Assembly: GCA_973895155.1 (NCBI GenBank)
Contig: OZ316894.1
Location: 16,954,463-17,018,462, forward strand
Reading direction: 5' to 3'
Length of the DNA stretch: 64,000 nt
From: Marsupella aquatica
Taxonomy: Eukaryota; Plantae; Marchantiophyta
The notes under the pieces are model-generated. The model did no database searches and had not been told where the DNA came from. It saw only the letters and a program-made list of their open reading frames with translations. This document shows, one piece after another, positions 1-12,735 of the stretch; the stretch's first letter is position 1, and the number at the start of each line of letters is the position of its first letter. The translations under genes were made by a program, and so were the position numbers.

Positions 1-1611
1 TCGCACTATTGTCATTGTGACCATGTTGTTTTTTGTGTGACAATACCCGTGCAATGCACCAAAATGTAGAGGTAATAATTTTCAGGTGACAATTGTCACA
101 GCGGTCGTTGCGGCCATGTGCATGTTGTTGTTGGTGCAAACAATACTGTCCTGTGCATGATATAAAATTGCTGAGGTGAGACAAAGAATTGCACGTGACA
201 ATTTTTGTGACCATGTGCTCATTAGTGCAACAATCCCACCAATGATTCAGATTAAAAAAATTGAGGAGAGGCAAAGAATTGCAAATGAGGCGATGAATTG
301 TTGTTGTTCTGGCTATATCATCTATGCAATCATGTTTGTGATGCCAAAGTGTTATGATTTTGGTTAGATGGTTGTTGTTGTGAAAATGTTATTAATCATT
401 TTGGTTGTGTTGTCAGTTGTTGTTGTGAATGTATTCTGTTGGGGAGGGTGAGGACAAGAATGTGGGGAATGGGTGACAATGACCACACAGGAAGAGTCCA
501 AGCAGGGTCGCCAAATAGGAGAGAGATTGTTTTCATTAATTAATTTATTTCTCTGCTGTTTTGTTTTTTGAATATTTTAATTTTAGTCACATTTTCCTCT
601 TTGTCTCATGGTGAGCAGGAGTTGGGAAGCTTGGGCAAGCAGGCGATGGAGGACAGGTGTATGCATGAATTTGATGGTGAAGAAAAAAACATGTTTTGGT
701 GAACGGTTTGGATTTGCTTCTAGCTGCCTTTTCTCTTTTTGTACGCAAACCATCCCCCATTTTTTACGGTATTGTTTATTATAGTGTTTGATGCAAAGTA
801 AACCTTGACAACAAAGCAAAGTTTATTACAAAAGATCTGTTAATCCATGGATAAGTAGTTTTTTGAACTGATAATTGAGCCCAAGCCCTCTACTAGTTCA
901 ATTAGTTGGGTTGGCTGGTTTTACTTACTTAGTGCTACTGCTCGTTGTTTGATCCCCAAACCACACCTACCTGCTCTCTCACCTTGCAATGGTTGCCTAC
1001 CTCATTTCAATTCACATAAGTAATTGTTCAAATCATTCATTTTCTGACAAATAATCACTTCAACCTCAGTTAGCTTGGATTGTGAGTACTAATCCCACAA
1101 GAGGCTGTTTATCTAAAAGCATAGAAACCACCTGTTTATCCAAAGGCATAGAACCACGGACCATGTGCACAGCCAAATTTTGACTTTCATCCATCCCTAT
1201 ACCATCATAGACTAATGAAATGGAAAACTTGGAATACCCCTTAGCTTGCCACTGTCCATTTTCAAAAAGCTGGTGTATCCAGGTCACCAAAATTATTCAA
1301 CAATGTTTCTTTACAAAATAGAAAATATGAGCTCTTTTGTTGTCGCACAAGTGCTGGGACAGTGACCATTTAACACAAGTTTCCCTTAGTCCTTTAATAT
1401 ACTAGTCTTAATACAACACGGAATTCATTTATCACCAGATCCTTTTTGTTCTCTCATCTAGTGGGGCTAGCAAATTCCAAGTCTCTAATGGCAGATTCCA
1501 CATGTCGTATGCTACTAGCGCGTCTATGGTATCTACTGAGGTATCTACACCTGCGTACTCGGGCATTCTGCAGAAATATCAACTTTTCCTCACACAGATT
1601 CTTGCAATTTT

Positions 1612-1827
1612 TTAACCACACCTACACCTGCCTGTATAAAAGGGCTCCATTCCCTGCCCAGCAGTAGCGCATTCCTCTCCTGTGGTGAGTAGTGTAATGA
1701 CGGAAAAATTGGAGCCCAAGCCCCTGTCCTGCACAAGTCCATTCCTAGTGAAACTGAAAATGTGCATTGTATGTTGAGAGTTACGGGCTAGTAACCTGAA
1801 GCTCTTCTGGAGGTAGTTGTGGTTTAA
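1612..1827 (-). mobile_element. Tourist/PIF-Harbinger-like MITE, family A, older copy
   Basis: Ends read TTAACCACACCT...AGTTGTGGTTTAA (imperfect TIR, TTA/TAA-type ends). The reverse complement aligns with the 43215-43428 element (shared TTAAACCACA, CCCGTA(A/G)CTCTCA, AATGGACT, TTTTATA and GGCAGGTGT). Confidence 0.6.
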
Positions 1828-2997
1828 GATAAACTTAGATAGAATAAAATCTGAGAATCTATATCCTCACTCCCAAATTCAGGGACGCTTCCATCCAACT
1901 ATAAAGTTGCAGCAATGGAAAGTTGCGTTTTAGGATCTATGCTTGAGAGTGGAGTCTCTAGACCGCTTTCATGTAACTATACAGATACGATGGAAAGCTA
2001 CTATTTAGGACCTATGGTAGAGAGTGAAATCTCGAGACAGGGACCCTGCGTATGTCTGAAGTTGGGGGTATGAGTGGAAATAGTGGATTGGGGCAAGTCT
2101 CTCTCATATGGCACAGCGGGCCAAATTTGTCCTCACCTCTATTTACAATCTAGTCTATGTAAAAGAGACAACAGAGAACTGACAGGATGTGGAGCGGTAG
2201 TCTGTTAGCTCAGAGTGGAAAGCAACAAGGAGAAGGCATGCTTGCAAAGCCACAATGGCATTCCCCCTTGTTTGCCAGGCCATAACATTTCTTCTCTCTT
2301 GCTGGACATTGAGTTTATAACAATGGCCCTTGCTGCACAGTTGTGCTCGATCTGAATGGAGCAAACAAAGGAAAAACAAACTTTACGCACGTCAATGGAT
2401 TGAGAAGTAATTGTGTACAGATTTTATTATTTTTCTGCCTTCTCGTTGAAGAGACACGACAGAAAAACTTAGAAATGTTCTCCGATCCACAACGCAGGGG
2501 AGAGAGAGCTGAAACTTAAGACCTGAACTCCGCGCGGAGATCCGAGACATTTGAAAAGCAAAAGACATGAGCTCCTTAACAGAAAAACAGCGAACACTTC
2601 AAACAACGACATGTGGTGAGTTCAATGACTTACACAAGCGGCATTTTACATGACTAAAACTATCCGGAGACCACTCAAGGTAATGACATGTGGTGACTAC
2701 ACATCCTAACACCTGGGGCATTTAATATGAGTAAACAAGTAACCGGAGAACTCTAAACGAAAGATAGCAGTCCATCACAAAGAGAAGACAGAGTATCCTG
2801 TCACAACAATCCATGAACCACAGAAGAATGTTCTCCACTAGGGTCCCTTGACAGGCATCCTCTTCAAGTTCTCTCAACAACGCTCACATGTCTCCGACGA
2901 GATGCATGTTTGAGAATTGTTTCTCAACCTAGCAGGGCATTTCAGAAGCTGTGGCACGGTGGAGCTTTTCAAATTCCGGTGAGCAGCCAAACCAACG

Positions 2998-4860
2998 CTA
3001 CGCCCTTCCTTTGGCAGGTATTTTTGTAGCTGCACTTTCTGAAACCTTTCCAGCGGGACCATCCAAAGAAGTTTTTCGCGGTCCATTTGTTGTACCAGTG
3101 CTTTCCACATCTTTTTCCAACGTTGGTTAAAACTGCTCAACAAAGAAAACAAAATTTAAATCTTAAAAATGTCGATCACAGTGCAACAGCTCGATCTGTT
3201 ACCAACAAAGAGAGATAGATATACTTAGAAAAGGAAAGAAAGCTTGAGCAGAAGACCTGGTCGATAACGTTGCGACGAATCTGCGCTGTCATTTCGGTAG
3301 AAAGGTTGTAAACCTTCCAACTCGTAATAAAAAGTCGATCTCGGTACCGTAACCTCATTATTCCACTGCTTGTTGTTAATAATTCGAGGCTTTCAAATGC
3401 TCTTTCCAGAGATTGTCTGGTTGAGTGAGGACAACTGTCTCCTGAGACGGAGTTGTTACCTTTGCTTCAACATCCTTTTGGTGAATTTCATGAAGTGCGG
3501 ATATCAGATTAGACAGGAACAAGACCTACAAAAGAGTCACCCAAACTGGCATATGTTGGACACTTCTCAGGCAGTAGCTCGCTCGGTCGACCAGTAGTCT
3601 CTGATGCTGGAGTATTCGGCTCGCGACCAGTATTCGGTTCGGGAGCAAAGACAGTTTTAAAGTCAGTACTCTGTTCTGCAACACAGCGCATCCCTGGTCA
3701 AAGTAGGATCTATATTGGCCTGTACTTGACAGTTTTGCAGATGCAATAGCTTGGCAAAAACATAAAGAATGATTGTTCACCATATGAAACCAATCAGAAA
3801 TATTCACATTTCCTACACTACAACTATTTGTATCAATATATTCCCCTTAGTTTCCTTCTTCGCTTGTGACTAAAGAAGAAAAGTAATCATCTTTAGTATG
3901 TCATCCATCGTCAGCTCAGAATACTCCAGCATCAGAGACTGGAGATTTATTTGCTTCTAACGCACGTCGGCGGTCACTATAAATACGGTCTCGCTAGCTG
4001 TTCAGAACTTCATCATACTCAAAGAGCTGCTTTCAGATGTGAAAGAAGTAATTTTCGACTTTCTTTGGGCTTCATCAAGAGCACGTACTAGCATCTTTGA
4101 CTCGTAGGCCTTCACCCTGCACGCACTCATTAAACCTTGCAACACATATGCTCTGTCCTTAGAAACAAAAATGACAAGCACGTTCTTGGGGCATTAAGGC
4201 ATATTATCAAATAGAGGCATCGGTGTCAATGCAGACAACACTCCTAGGCACTTTTACAACTGCAAAGATACACCGCAGAATTGTTTTGAAGGAGACTTGT
4301 ATCCGATCACCATATCCGGAATACGTTCTCATTCAGAGGAGAACTTCCGGGATGACCCTGTCTCCCACGAAGATAGACAACCAAAATTTGCTGAAATACA
4401 TGCCTGAAGCATTTGGTGCTGATAACACTCAATCTATGCATCAGTCATCATTGGTTTAACAAACATAAGTGTCACTTGATGGTGTGGAACTACATGACCC
4501 GAGAAACAGAAGTGCCTTATCAAAAGAACTAATCAACAAGATATACGCGATACTGTAATTTGTGGACTGTTTTGGAGGTTTGAGTTGGTACTTGGTTGTC
4601 AATGAGGCACGGCTCAACGTCTTTCAGTACCAACAACATGAAGCCCACCAGACGCAACAAGGTGGATACAGGTGGTTGAACACGTCGAAGATACAAATCA
4701 GAACTGGACAAGTCTTCTTTCTTGATCTTGAAATGCGACCACCATGTTGAGCATCTTAGTATTTTCCTTTCTTCTTCCCTACATGACTTCGAATAGCTCC
4801 AAGTGCCTCTCGAAGCTGGAGTATCATAGGATCTTCTGTGGGAGGAAACTGCTAAGGACG
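2998..4860 (-). pseudogene. SECA1: Plastid preprotein translocase SecA1 pseudogene (3' half; introns retained; stops and frameshifts). May extend to ~5700
   Basis: Colinear SecA motifs read on the - strand: PTEDPMILQLREALGAI (~4800-4850); GGLHVVGTER*..IDNQ (~4590-4650); LRGRQGHPGSS..ENVFRI/GDRIQ (~4300-4375); ESKMLVRALDEAQRK..*KQLFEYDEVLNS*RDRIYSDRRRALE..QSLMLEYSELTMDDILK (~3890-4115); ANIDP; DNLWKEHLKA; ELEG/YNLSTEMTAQIRRNVI; last exon F*PTLEKD...GRA* ends at TAG 2998-3000. Confidence 0.88.
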
Positions 4861-5417
4861 AAAGGTCTATCCCTTTCTCATATACAGTAGGAATGTACGA
4901 CCATGAATTGCAAACAGAGTGTCGTTTCTTCAAAACTTTGTTACATACGTTGTATTTGACAGACTCATGGATAACCCTCTGTTTTTTTATGGTAATCAAT
5001 GCTGATCTTGCCGCCCACAGAACTGTATTAAGTTCTCATATCTTGTTGGATTGCCTTGTGTTTTAGGTAAGCATGGGAGACTCAAGCTGGTTTCACGTCT
5101 TCAAACTCGGACAAGGCCCTTAATGCTGCAGAATTGAAGTTCAATAATACTGTTGCATTTGGAAAAACTGTAGTTGTTGCTAGTATTGGTTGATTGTAGC
5201 CAATTACAGCCTAACTGCTTTTGCGGAATGAGTTGTTTTATCTCTGATTCTTCTGCACCCTGCACCTACCGCATTATCACGAGGCCAGTCGTGATTTTGC
5301 CTCAAGCGACGCTGTGGTGTATGTGAAATGCAGCTTTAAGTCTCAATTGTTGAGATATGGCTTGCTTCTCGTAGTCTCCAATGCTGAATAGCTTCCCGTG
5401 CAATCTGCTTGCGGAAC

Positions 5418-5570
5418 ATCTTCAAATGGGTTTGCCTCTGTGGGCCATGGCTCATCCAAAGTGGCTCGGTGCTACAGTCTCGTGGACGCGAACTTATCTT
5501 TAAATGGGTTTCTCTACGTGGGCCATGGCTCATCCAAAGTGGCTCGGGGTTACATTCTCGTGGACGCGAA
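5418..5570. repeat. Two-copy ~79-bp tandem repeat
   Basis: ATCTT(C/T)AAATGGGTTT...GTGGGCCATGGCTCATCCAAAGTGGCTCGG...TCTCGTGGACGCGAA starts at ~5418 and ~5497. Confidence 0.85.
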
Positions 5571-6959
5571 AACGAGAGCAAGTTCATTCTACTTTAGTAC
5601 TTTCTCGTAGACGACAGGCAAAGACCAAGCGCCTTCCACCCACGAGGGTGTGCATCCTGAGCGTTGACCATTATTTATCCAGCAGCTGTCCATCTCAAGC
5701 GAAACCTACAGTAATAAAGCAGATTGGAACTTAAGAAAGCGCTGTGATAGCTTCGTCAGGTGATGGCCAGGTGGTGATTAGCTCGCTCAGGCGATTCGCC
5801 GCCTGCCCAATACCTGGCACCTAGATTTCGCAAGGTCAAAATGAAGGGCAGAGGCTGGTACGTGATTATGTCCCTTGGGTACGGGACACCTTTACCGCCA
5901 GCTCGCCACTGGATTGATTATTAGCTCATCCGACCTGCACTCTTCCTATTTCCCAACACTGCAGTCAGAATTTGGAGTCGCAGTTATGATTGTTGGCGAA
6001 GGAGTACGAATCGCGCTGTAGATTGTGGATAACAAGTGAACAATATTCCCTGAAAGTCAACAGAGTCTTGTCCAGGGCACGATATTGGTAACGCACAATT
6101 TCGTTGGGCGAGATTCACCGAGATTCAAAGAAGCCTACAGTTACTTGTCTGAGTACGAAAGACAGTTGGGCTGGAGATGCTTGGAGATGCTCAAGTACAG
6201 TAGTGTCTGGACATTCTAGAAATGCCGACCTCATACCACTTTTAGCTGTGTTCCCTCCTGCCCATCGTAAAGCACCACAGTAGGGTCTGCCTCAGCTACA
6301 GTTCCAACAGTTGGTATTAGGCACACACAAAACGAAGCATCGTCTGCCCCAGCCAGAGTTTAGTGGACTACCAATTTTGAGTGAGAACGCTCAATGTATC
6401 GAGTGCAGGTTCTACGATCTAACGTCAGACAATTCATGAAAAATCTGTCAACGGTGGACCACATATTTTGCGTTCAATTTCGAGGGTGGCGGGTGTTCTG
6501 ACGTGACGCGAGAAACAATGAGTAATCTGCCAACAGATGCAACAGTTGGAGATTCGGCCAGATTTCCTTTGTCCTCTCTTCCCTATCTGATCGTGGGACG
6601 AGACTTTTTTCCTTGATCATGGAGTGACGGAGTCTTTATCTATACGGTACATTTGTGACAATCTCGAAATGACATTACACGTGTAAGTATTTATCGTGTT
6701 TGAATCCTAGATCACATGGATCCTCTTTTGCCTTGGGAACTCAAATTTATATCCGTAAAATTATAGGATGCGGTAGGGAGACGTCACTGACCAATTCCCA
6801 AGGGCCCACGTTTTAGATGAGCTAGCAAGAAAATGATGTCACGTTAAAAAGGTGGTGTCCCATCACTCCATGTACCTTACTAGTTTACTGGCCCGAATGC
6901 AATGCATATGCAGGGAAGGTATCCCTACCCAGACGGCAATTCGTGGACCTGCATATGTC

Positions 6960-7230
6960 GAAAATTAGTGCCTATGGTTTCACGCTAATGGTGAGATGAT
7001 TATCCAATAAATTACTGCCTATGGTTTCACTCTATTGACTAAATCAGTACCGGATAAGTTAGTGCATATGCCTTCACTCGATTGACTAAGTCATTATCAT
7101 TACCAGATATATTAGTGCCTATGGCTTCACGAGTAAGTCATCAACAAATAAATTAGTGCTATGGCTTCACGAGTAAATCATCACTTGATAAATAAGTGCC
7201 TGTTGCTTCACGACTTCACGAGTAAGTCAT
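6960..7230. repeat. Degenerate ~40-50-bp minisatellite
   Basis: About six variants of ATTAGTGCCTATGG(T/C)TTCAC. Confidence 0.7.
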
Positions 7231-8694
7231 GAAAATAATAAATTTAGATCATCAATCATAGTCATAAATTTAGATTTTCTGTAAAATGAAACTTCGACCC
7301 TGGCTTGAATGGAAAACACGATTTTCAGTTGACAACATTTCAACGGAGACCTGCGGTTGCAGACTTGAGATGAACACAATTTCGATCTATAAAACTTGAG
7401 ATTTTCTGTAAAATGAAACTTCGGGAATGGAGACCTGTGGTGGTAGAGTTGTGATTTACCGAACCGTTTAACTACTCATGAACTGTGTGCACCTTTTTCT
7501 TGGACGCGGATTTTGGACCACTAAACACACATGGTGAGAAATCGTCTCCGGTGGGCAATGACAAGCGCAAAGGCACAACAGCAGAGGTGACACGCAAAAA
7601 GAGCCACAGAACAAGGGCTCAAGGCTCAAGGCTCAAGAGCTACCCCTGATTGCCACGTAATGTAGATCGCCTTTGTTGCCAAGCAAGTCGGCAATCCTTG
7701 CATGCCCAAAACACCCACGCCAACACGTTTGGGCCGAAAAGTACTGTACATTACAGTCCACAACTCAACACCGTGGAAGCAGGTCCTTCCAGCCATGCCT
7801 CCCTCAACGTGAAGCCCATGTAGACAAGTCAACTAACGCCATCGCCTTTTGTCTGGACTCTGTAGGTCGATCCTTGAAATTACTTTTAGAAGCAGAAAAA
7901 GCCTTATCCAAAACCAAAATAATGATCTCAAGCCGAATATCGAATGCCCGATATCGAACAGAGAATCCACCATCAAGTATGCAAGAAAGCCGACAGTCAG
8001 TCTCATCAATGGTGCGGATAGGGCAAGACAAGTGAATATTGTTTACTGCAAGTTCGAAATCAGGGGCCGACATTGATATCGTACACAGAGATGGCCTGCT
8101 CCAGACCAGGAATTCTCTGAAAGTGACCCAGCCCATTGGTACTCTTCCGTGAGAGATCTCGATGATTACAGTACAGTAGCTCCTTCGTGCACCTACTTTT
8201 CAGTGTACCTTTGCTACAATTTGGCATTTCGGTCCAAATATTGGAAGGTGGTGATATCTGGCAAACTAACTACAACCAGAATCAAAAAAATTATATCTGC
8301 ATGGTCCATGATCAAACCATATCTCAACAATTAATGTGCCCCTGCCTTCAAGTGTAGAAAATATATACCCAGACTTTGGTCTGATGTAAGAACTTCCGTG
8401 GCTCGCCTTAGGGACTTCTTAGAAGGAATTCTTGAATAAGTTGTCCTCAACTAGTATCGCTGAATTTGTGCAGCACTCCTTCACGTGCCACACAAGATTT
8501 ACCTGCTATTGTCGGGCGGCTCCACACCACATATGAGTCCTTATGTCACAAGATGTTTCGAAGATGATGCGTGACGCTCAATGCTCATCAGGTGCCTCAC
8601 CTGTGCTGAAGTTACAGCCTAGATGATGCCATTTCTTAGTGTACATGGTGCCAATTACGAGTTGTGCACTCCTTGGCTCATTCGACCAAAAAGC

Positions 8695-11600
8695 CTACCT
8701 TCCGGAACTTTGCTCAAGGCCTCTCTTCGAGAGACTCGATGCAGTCCGCTGCATCTCTTTGCGACACCGTTGAAAAATGTTATCATACAAAATGTCGAAC
8801 TTAACACCTGCTCTATCCCTATCTATAATAAAGGTAATATGATCGGCTTCAATTACTTCATAATACCTGCATGCCAAAACAATGCCCCGCGTATAATCAG
8901 CACTAGGTCCGACTTCACTTGCGGCCTGTAGAAAATGCTAAAATGTAGTACTTTATCTCCACTTCCGAATTTGGTCACGCAACTGCCCAAGCAGATATTT
9001 GTTCCACGTTGATCATGCTTAAACATTCGACATCCAAAATAATACTCACCAGATCCCCGGTTTTGCAACATGTCCATCTTTGATGAGGTCCGGTCCCCAC
9101 CGCTGATTAGGATGAGGTGTAGGAAGAGCAGGGAAGAGCTGAGATATCGTGTTCAAAGCGCCATCATTATCTTTCCACTCTTCGTCTCTGTACATTGGTT
9201 TCAGAAGGGACAATTTTAGATTAGGTCTCAAGCACATTTCTTGAGTTAATACACCCGTACTGAAACGACCAAGTTCATCTAGATCAGCTTTCATGACCCA
9301 TACGAATGCAAGAAGAGGCATTACTAAGCTGATTTGACCTAAGCACCAACAACAGTCCTTCGACATCGGCTTACTGAGATGTCCGCACCTGTAACCCTCA
9401 TAGGGAGGAGTTTTAAACTTCCAGAGGCAGATTTGCCAGGACCTTAGAAAAAGCAACGGGTGGATTCCCCCGAAAAAGCTTGGAACAGTCCAACCCCAAA
9501 GCTTTATGGTCTTCTTCGTTGCGTGACTGCAAGATCAACATCAGGATAGAAATGAATCAAATATTGTTCGCTCCTTTTCCAAGAACACACTTCCTCCATC
9601 ACGATCTGCTTGGCAATTTTCTTGTCCTGTAGTTTTTTCTAATTAATCAGAAACAGCCTAGCCAATTGACGAGCCCTACTCGCAATCCACCTGGAATCTC
9701 TTCCATTCACTTCCAATTCAAATCTCTGCAGTGCTATCTACCAGTTTAATCATGGTGGATTACCTGAAGTAATAAGTGTTGGGATAAGTTTTCACTCTGG
9801 AGTTGAACTTGATAGCTGAATGAATGCTCAAGTCAGGTAAAATCCAATTCGAATATGCAAATGGGCCCGTCTGGCCCATCAATAAGCTAATCAAGCCTCT
9901 GAAGCCAATCTTCCGCCTGCTCAAATTGTAGTGATCAAATCCAAAAGAATAGTATTGTTTCAATGCTGGAATGTCCAGCCACTCGTACACGAGAACGCCC
10001 ACACGCAATATTTGTAGCAAGCACAACGTCTGCAGTTTCCGGCCATCATCCTCGCTGCAAGAGTAACCACTTGATGTCAGGTGCTGCATTGGAGATATCC
10101 GAATTCGAGTGCGAAGACAAAATTAAAAAACAAAGCCGAACATCACCACGATAAAGTCTCGCAGAACAGGAATCCAGAGGAAGTCACAACGCCCAAGAAA
10201 TGCCAGATCCGTTGGTCAAATTAAAATACAACCGATAACCTTTCATTATCACACTAAAATGCATCACGCAAAACCTATCTTGACCAATTATAGTATATGC
10301 GCACTGACCTAACACCGTCCATGTGAACCCTAGTAGTTCCATTGAGGGCACCAGATAGTGACGTTATACTCAAAATCCAATCTTCGTTGGTATTTAAATA
10401 GCCTGGAAATCCCTGCCACGCACACAATCATGTGCCCGTCAGAGACTCTCGACAAACGCTTGGAAACAAAGGCCTGGAGAAGCCTGCGACGCACGCAGGT
10501 GCTCGTCAGAGACTCTCGACAAACTCTTTTGTTTGAATGGAAAATAATGCCAACGGCCATCACAGCGCGGGAAGGACGGGAACACACTGTAGTCACTTTG
10601 GACAGAAAATTACCTGTTCAGCTAACAACTGTTGCAAGCAACGAGAAACCTGGACACCGATGGAGTGTCCAACAATATGAATCGGGTGATTCTCGTTCCA
10701 TTCGGGATAGTGTCCTGCAATCATGCCATGAAATGTAGATGCCAATCAGCTCCCCTGTCCCGCAGTCTCGTTTGGAAACTCTTCGTAACCAAGATACTAG
10801 GCAATTCGAGAACATGTGCCTAATCATACTCGCATAAATAAAAGGATCTATCTAGATTTGCCCTCCTCTCTTCTGTCCCGCCCCCTAAAATCCAGTGGTC
10901 ACGGGGAGGACAGTTCGGCACGGGTCGCTCGTCTGGGTGAAGCACTCGTATTAGTACTCGTAGCAGAAGTAACTGCTCGTCAAGGAAAATCAACCTATAC
11001 AACTTGGACAGCGATCAAGAGGTCATTTCCAAGCCTGAAGGAAGCTTGCTTCTTACCTTGTGCGTACGTCCGGCCAAAACGCGAGTGGCCATGATGTTGG
11101 GCACGCATACCATAGTCGACGGTCCCTCCCTTCAGATAATAAAATAGGTCGACGGCCCTGGAGGCAAACGACAGTGCACACGCTATGAGCTTCTTTCTTT
11201 CCCTTACTCGAATAAGCGAGCATCCTGTATCACTATGGGCATGCCCCACGAAAAGATGACTATATTGTGGGCCAGGAAGTTGATGAAGTTAGGCACAGTC
11301 CCATCACAGAGACAAATGGAGAAACCATCCAAACGACCTACCGAAGGCACGGACTGTTCCAACTGTAGTAACTCACATAATCTTGCTTCATGTACTTCCC
11401 TGCGATGGATTTTAACTCTTACCGGTCATGAATACTGGTCAAGGGGCCAAGATCAGGAACTAGAACTTTATCATCCTTCAGTTCTGCGCCGGCCCAGTAA
11501 GAGAGACGTCCAAATTTCTGAATAAACGCAAGCAGGTTCCAAGGTTAACGGTTGCCTACAAGAGAGACGCCACACCTAAGTACTTCCGGGGGACATGCGG

Positions 11601-12149
11601 ACGAAGTGAGGTCGAAATATTGCACCAAACATAAAAATCTGTGTTCGAATTTATCTTCGAACGGATGAGAAAGAAGCTCGCTATCCTCGATCATACTAGC
11701 TGACAAGGGATCGATAACCATCCAATGCAAGTAAGGTGAAGTATGTCCTCAGACATAGCAGTCCATAAATCAAACACGAAAACATTTGCCGGTGGATGGA
11801 GAGAGTCTCGTACCCCTTTTCCAAAACCAAATATGCCATGAACCATCACGATTGGAGCCTTAGTGTGAACATCCAAAGAAGAGATTGCCGAGGCACTCTT
11901 ATTCCGATCGAGCGCAGAAGAGTCGCTCGACAATTCTACTGTGTTCCCGTCTACAGCCGGAAATCCTCCAGAAACCAAAAGGGGCATCACCTTGCCGGAT
12001 CTTTTGAGCTTCTCCTCCGTCAGGAATCCGACAATGTCCAGGAGAATCACCGTGGCACTCATCCATATTGCATATATGGCGTGAACTAATATGCTAGCGC
12101 ATAACTCCACCATTGTGACAAGTATGTACAGTTGCAAGCGGATTGCCAT
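8695..12149 (-). CDS. Alpha/beta-hydrolase triacylglycerol lipase-like protein (At1g10740-like), 9 exons, ~491 aa
   Basis: Exons 12149-11814, 11517-11423, 11157-11057, 10714-10614, 10412-10309, 10054-9764, 9526-9389, 9187-9050, 8866-8695; all GT-AG, total 1476 nt in frame. Motifs PIVMVHGIFGFG, VPDLGPLTSIHDRA, GHSIG nucleophile elbow, LSGALNGTT, DNDGALN and EADH. An alternative in-frame ATG lies at 12173. Confidence 0.93.
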
Positions 12150-12699
12150 TCTGTTTCTCAGGTTCTGCAACATTCCAGCAAGACCCACACTCCGTCCTCG
12201 AGCTATACAACAGAATTTTTGTTCGACAGGAGTCGAACACTGCGAATTGGAGGGTGGACGCTATTCCCAGCCCGGCCTCCCCTGCTTGCCACTGAGTCCT
12301 CCACTGAGTCCTCCCTTCAATGGAAACGCGCTGGAAGGGCGGAGCGATAATCAGACCTGCCAATCTGAAGAAGATGCTCCGTGACACGAGCAATGGCCGA
12401 CAGCATAGCACAGCGCAGAGCAGGAAGGCACGCCAAGTAAGAGAAGTAAAGGGAAAAAGAATGAGACGAGAATGAAAGGCCAGCAGGAAGCGGGCGAGCG
12501 GAGCGCCTCCAGAGCATCACACTCGCTCCCTCGCTGTTATGAACAAGATGCCCCACACACGGGACAAGCAGGGTCGCAGGGAGTGGTCATGCCCCAACCA
12601 AGGATGAGAAGATGCCGCCGGGAAACATCTGTTCGCTTGCTCTCAAAGCAGCAGAAGGTCACTCTACTGCTCACTGTCGCTCGTCGATCATTCTATTCT

Positions 12700-12735
12700 T
12701 CTCTGCTCTGCTCTGCTCTCTCTCTCTCTCTCTCA
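12700..12735. repeat. (CTCTG)n/(CT)n microsatellite in the putative lipase 5' leader
   Basis: CTCTGCTCTGCTCTGCTCTCTCTCTCTCTCTCTC. Confidence 0.85.

Noticed and set aside
4-1750. CACTA transposon (CACTA at 4, TAGTG at 1746-1750)
   Set aside because: The TIRs do not extend, there is no 3-bp TSD, and the TAGTG lies inside the family-A MITE.
7626-8136. Overlapping 68-120-aa ORFs between the SecA relic and the lipase
   Set aside because: No recognisable motifs or splice support.
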